From Takakia lepidozioides (lineage: Eukaryota; Plantae; Bryophyta): 64,000 nt of DNA. Made by a program: the position numbers and the translations under genes. The stretch covers positions 71,672,001 through 71,736,000 of the forward strand of contig CM060731.1 of the NCBI GenBank assembly GCA_030704615.1, written 5' to 3'. The notes under the pieces are model-generated. The model made no database searches. It was not told where the DNA came from and saw nothing but the letters and a program-made list of their open reading frames with translations. How positions within the stretch are numbered: position 1 is the stretch's first letter; each line of letters opens with the position of its first letter. Of the stretch, positions 60,806 to 64,000 are shown in pieces.

Positions 60806-63800
60806 TGTCGCGCACCTCACTTCGGTAAGCTCCCCTTCAAGTCATAGTTACTCGCTCTGATGCACGCGCCTGACTCCCAACCTGGCCGCCGGGCCAACTT
60901 GGAGCTTCGGCTGCTCACCGGGACATAACGGTCCCCCTTCGCTCTCCCACTAAACCCTCCACCTCTTTGGGCCTAGTGGAATTCCCTTTGGTAGTTGGCA
61001 GTCCGGAACAGCTCCTCACTCTTTGGTCGCTTTCCGGCTCGCTCGCTTACTCACTAGTTTTTGGTCACCAACGGGCTTGCACCATTCTCGGGGTCACTAC
61101 TCCCCCTTATATATACTTTTGTAGCTGTCCGCGGGGGTTTCACAACCAGCCATGCCATTTTATGGCGAACCACCACGAAAATCCTCGACTCCCGGTGATG
61201 AGTCGCGGTGAGTCTTGGCCCACTCACCACGGCCCCTCTGGACCGTGATGAGTCCCAAGACTCCCCACGACTCCCACCACGAGGTCTCCGCCCCCATGGT
61301 GAGTCCTATGCCACCCCCACTAAGTCCCGCTAAGCTACCACCACCCCTTGTGGAGCCACCCCCACCGCAACCCGGTGTGCGAGGCTCCACCTAGTGAGCG
61401 CCTCCGCCTCCTTGAGTGCCTTGGGCACTCAAGGGTGCTTCAGCCCCCCATACCTATCGCTGCCGCTGCCCCCACCACAGGGGCAGTCCCTCATGTGTCC
61501 CGACCCCCTGCCCTCAAGGCAAAGGGCCGCGACACACACCCCTACCAACAGGGAGTCGATGTCCTCATCGACTTGTCCATTTTGTAGAAACGAACATCCA
61601 AGTTGTGGCGCAAGGAGTTTGTTTCCGTACACATGTTTCCGTACCATGGCGTCCCATGGCAAAGAACCAAACCCCACACTTGACTCTACTCTCCACTAGC
61701 TAGTTCGGCCGACTTCCTCCAAGTCCCGGCCAAGGGTGGAGCCTCTCCAGCTCCTCCCAGTGCACTCTTCTTGGCCTACTTCAAGGCCAAGGACGATCCT
61801 CCCCGAGGATCGAATCGCCTTACTGCAACAACATTGCTTGCGATCGCTCATGATGCCGCTTTTGGCATCACCTTGAGCAAGGGTTCCCTGGAACCCTCTT
61901 TGACTAGGAAGATTACCTTGAACCAACCGTGCGCCCCAATCACTACAATTGGGTCCGCCTTGGAATGCTGGCCTGAGGTACGGGAACACGCCAAAGCCGC
62001 ACTACGCCTTCGTCCCGAGGCTACACGATTATAGTACGTGAACGGAAGCACGTAGCTTCCGCGTTAGCCCGCACTACAAGGCAACCCCCTCGGTAACGCA
62101 GTTATAGTACGCGCATGCGCCAGGTGCGCACTAGCACGTGAACTCCCAAAGAAGTCGCAAGTTTCCTTGCCCCTTGGATGGGGGTCACCCGATTTCGGCA
62201 CTACGCAAACACACGATTAACCCAATTTACCTCTCCCACTTTTATAAGCTAGCATGCATTCTACACACTAGCCAACCATACCATGCATCACCATTCCAAA
62301 CAAAATAGGATGCACAACATTTGGAACCCATTTCCTTTATAACAAATTTTTGTACAATACAAGTTTTTGTAATCGGATTCCTAAGCTAGCTAAGCCGGAC
62401 TAAGCATGCATTTCCTCCCCCACGCTCCAAGGTTGATGTCCCCATCAACGTTTCTTCCGCTTTTGAGGTCGCCCTTCGAAAGCTGCAACCGCCTCGGATG
62501 CGTTTCCCATTTCTGAGGCACGCACCCAAGATGCCTCCACATGATGACAGCCCTTCCATTTGACGAGATACTCCATTTCTCGGTTCCTGAACCTCCTCGA
62601 CTTAAGTATTGCCTCCACCTCGTACTCAGGTTCATTTTCATGATCCAACAGCATAGGTGGCGGACGCAACACTTGATGCCGATTCGGACGCGCTTCATCT
62701 TTGAAGTAAGGCTTCAAAAGGGAGACATGGAATACTGGGTGCACCTTGCTGTTTGCCGGCAGCTCCAATTCATACACATCCTCATTCATAACCTTCCGAA
62801 TGCGAAAGGGTCCCGCATACGGAGGTACGAACTTCGGACTCACTTCCGGAGGTAGTCGGAAATTCTTGATGTTCAACCAAACCTCTGTGCCTGCCTCAAA
62901 CTTCACTTCCCTCCGCTTCCGATTCGCCTGCCTTTCATACCGTTTCCTAGCTTTGGCAATGTTGTACTTTGCGAGCTTCAACAAACGCTCGCGTTCTTCC
63001 AGTACCGCCGCTACTGCCGGTTCTTCGACGTCCTGGGCGGCCCAACTTGTCGGCACCAAAGGTGCTTTTCCATAGACCAATACGAAAGGGGAAACTCCCG
63101 TTGCGGAGTGTTATGTGTTATTATAACAGAACTCTGCCGCGTCTAAGTGTTCCATCCAGTCTGATTGGTCTGCCGACACGTAATTCCGCAAGATCTGCTT
63201 CACTATGGAAGTCACCCTTTCTGCTTGGCCGTCGGTCGTAGGTCGGAAGGTGGTGCTCATCTTCAGCCTCGTCCCCATCTTCTTCCAAAGTGCTCTCCAG
63301 AATTTACTCGTAAACTTTGGATCGCGGTCCGAGACAATATCCTTCGGGACTCCATGATGATTTAAGACGTGGGCGAAGTAAAGTCGCCCTGTCTCCTGCG
63401 CCGTTGCCGTCTCCTTGGTGGGGATGAAATGGGCCATTTTACTGAACCTATCTACCACCACCATGATTGCATCGAATCCTTTGGACAGCGGCATAGCAGT
63501 CATGAAATCCATCGAGACGCTTTCCCAAGTCCCCTCTGGAATCGGCAAGGGTTGTAACAGCCCCGCTTGCTTTTTGTACTCGCTCCGATTTTGTTGGCAT
63601 GTGGTGCATGTCTTGACATACTCCTCTGCCTCCTCCCTCAGTTTGGGCCAGAAATACTCTTTCTTCAAGAGTGCCGCAGTGCGCTTGGCTCCGCCGTGGC
63701 CCGCAAGCGGGCTATCATGGCATTCTCTCAAGAGGCTATCTCTGATCCCTCCCTTCGGCACGTAGAGACGTTTTTGCTTATACCGGAGCAGTCCATTTTG

Positions 63801-64000
63801 CAAGTGGAACTGCGATTTAACCCCCATCCTCAAGTCCTGCATCACGGACTTCGCCAGCTCATCCTTCCGGCAAGCCTTCCGGATCTTCCTTTGGAGCGCC
63901 GTCTCGCCCTTGTACACCAACAAGAGCTGCTGCTTTCTACTTAAAGCATCGGCCACCACGTTGTCTCGTCCCGGTTTGTACTGGATATCCACGTCGAACA
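60806..64000 (-). mobile_element. Second copy of the same gypsy chromovirus (3' LTR 60806-61534, 3' UTR, integrase-chromodomain); runs off the window
   Basis: Highly similar to 32108-35160. GAA>TAA stop at 63111-63113. Expected TSD is GAATG. Confidence 0.96.

Overview
Eukaryotic land-plant nuclear DNA, probably a non-seed plant (inferred from the repetitive PLS-PPR style and a TTLL-like fragment). Positions 1-30 kb are genic. They hold four paralogous PLS-class PPR RNA-editing genes (one intact DYW; two with decayed DYW; one inverted and truncated), a NAR2/NRT3 nitrate-transport accessory gene, and an SC35-type SR splicing-factor gene with two tandem 67-nt alternative RRM exons that look mutually exclusive. 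Positions 30-64 kb are a transposon block: a full-length Ty3/gypsy chromovirus with TSD, a second partial copy, a hAT-like MITE, and a large decayed region ending in a CACTA TIR. That region carries a multi-exon gene with ParB-like and DNA amino-methyltransferase-like motifs, nine copies of a 24-bp palindrome, an acidic ORF with Pol II CTD-like repeats beside four FCP1/NIF phosphatase-like sequences, and a TTLL fragment. These cargo domain calls come from motif recognition by eye and need profile searches. Several frameshifts are 1-bp losses in homopolymers and may be assembly errors.
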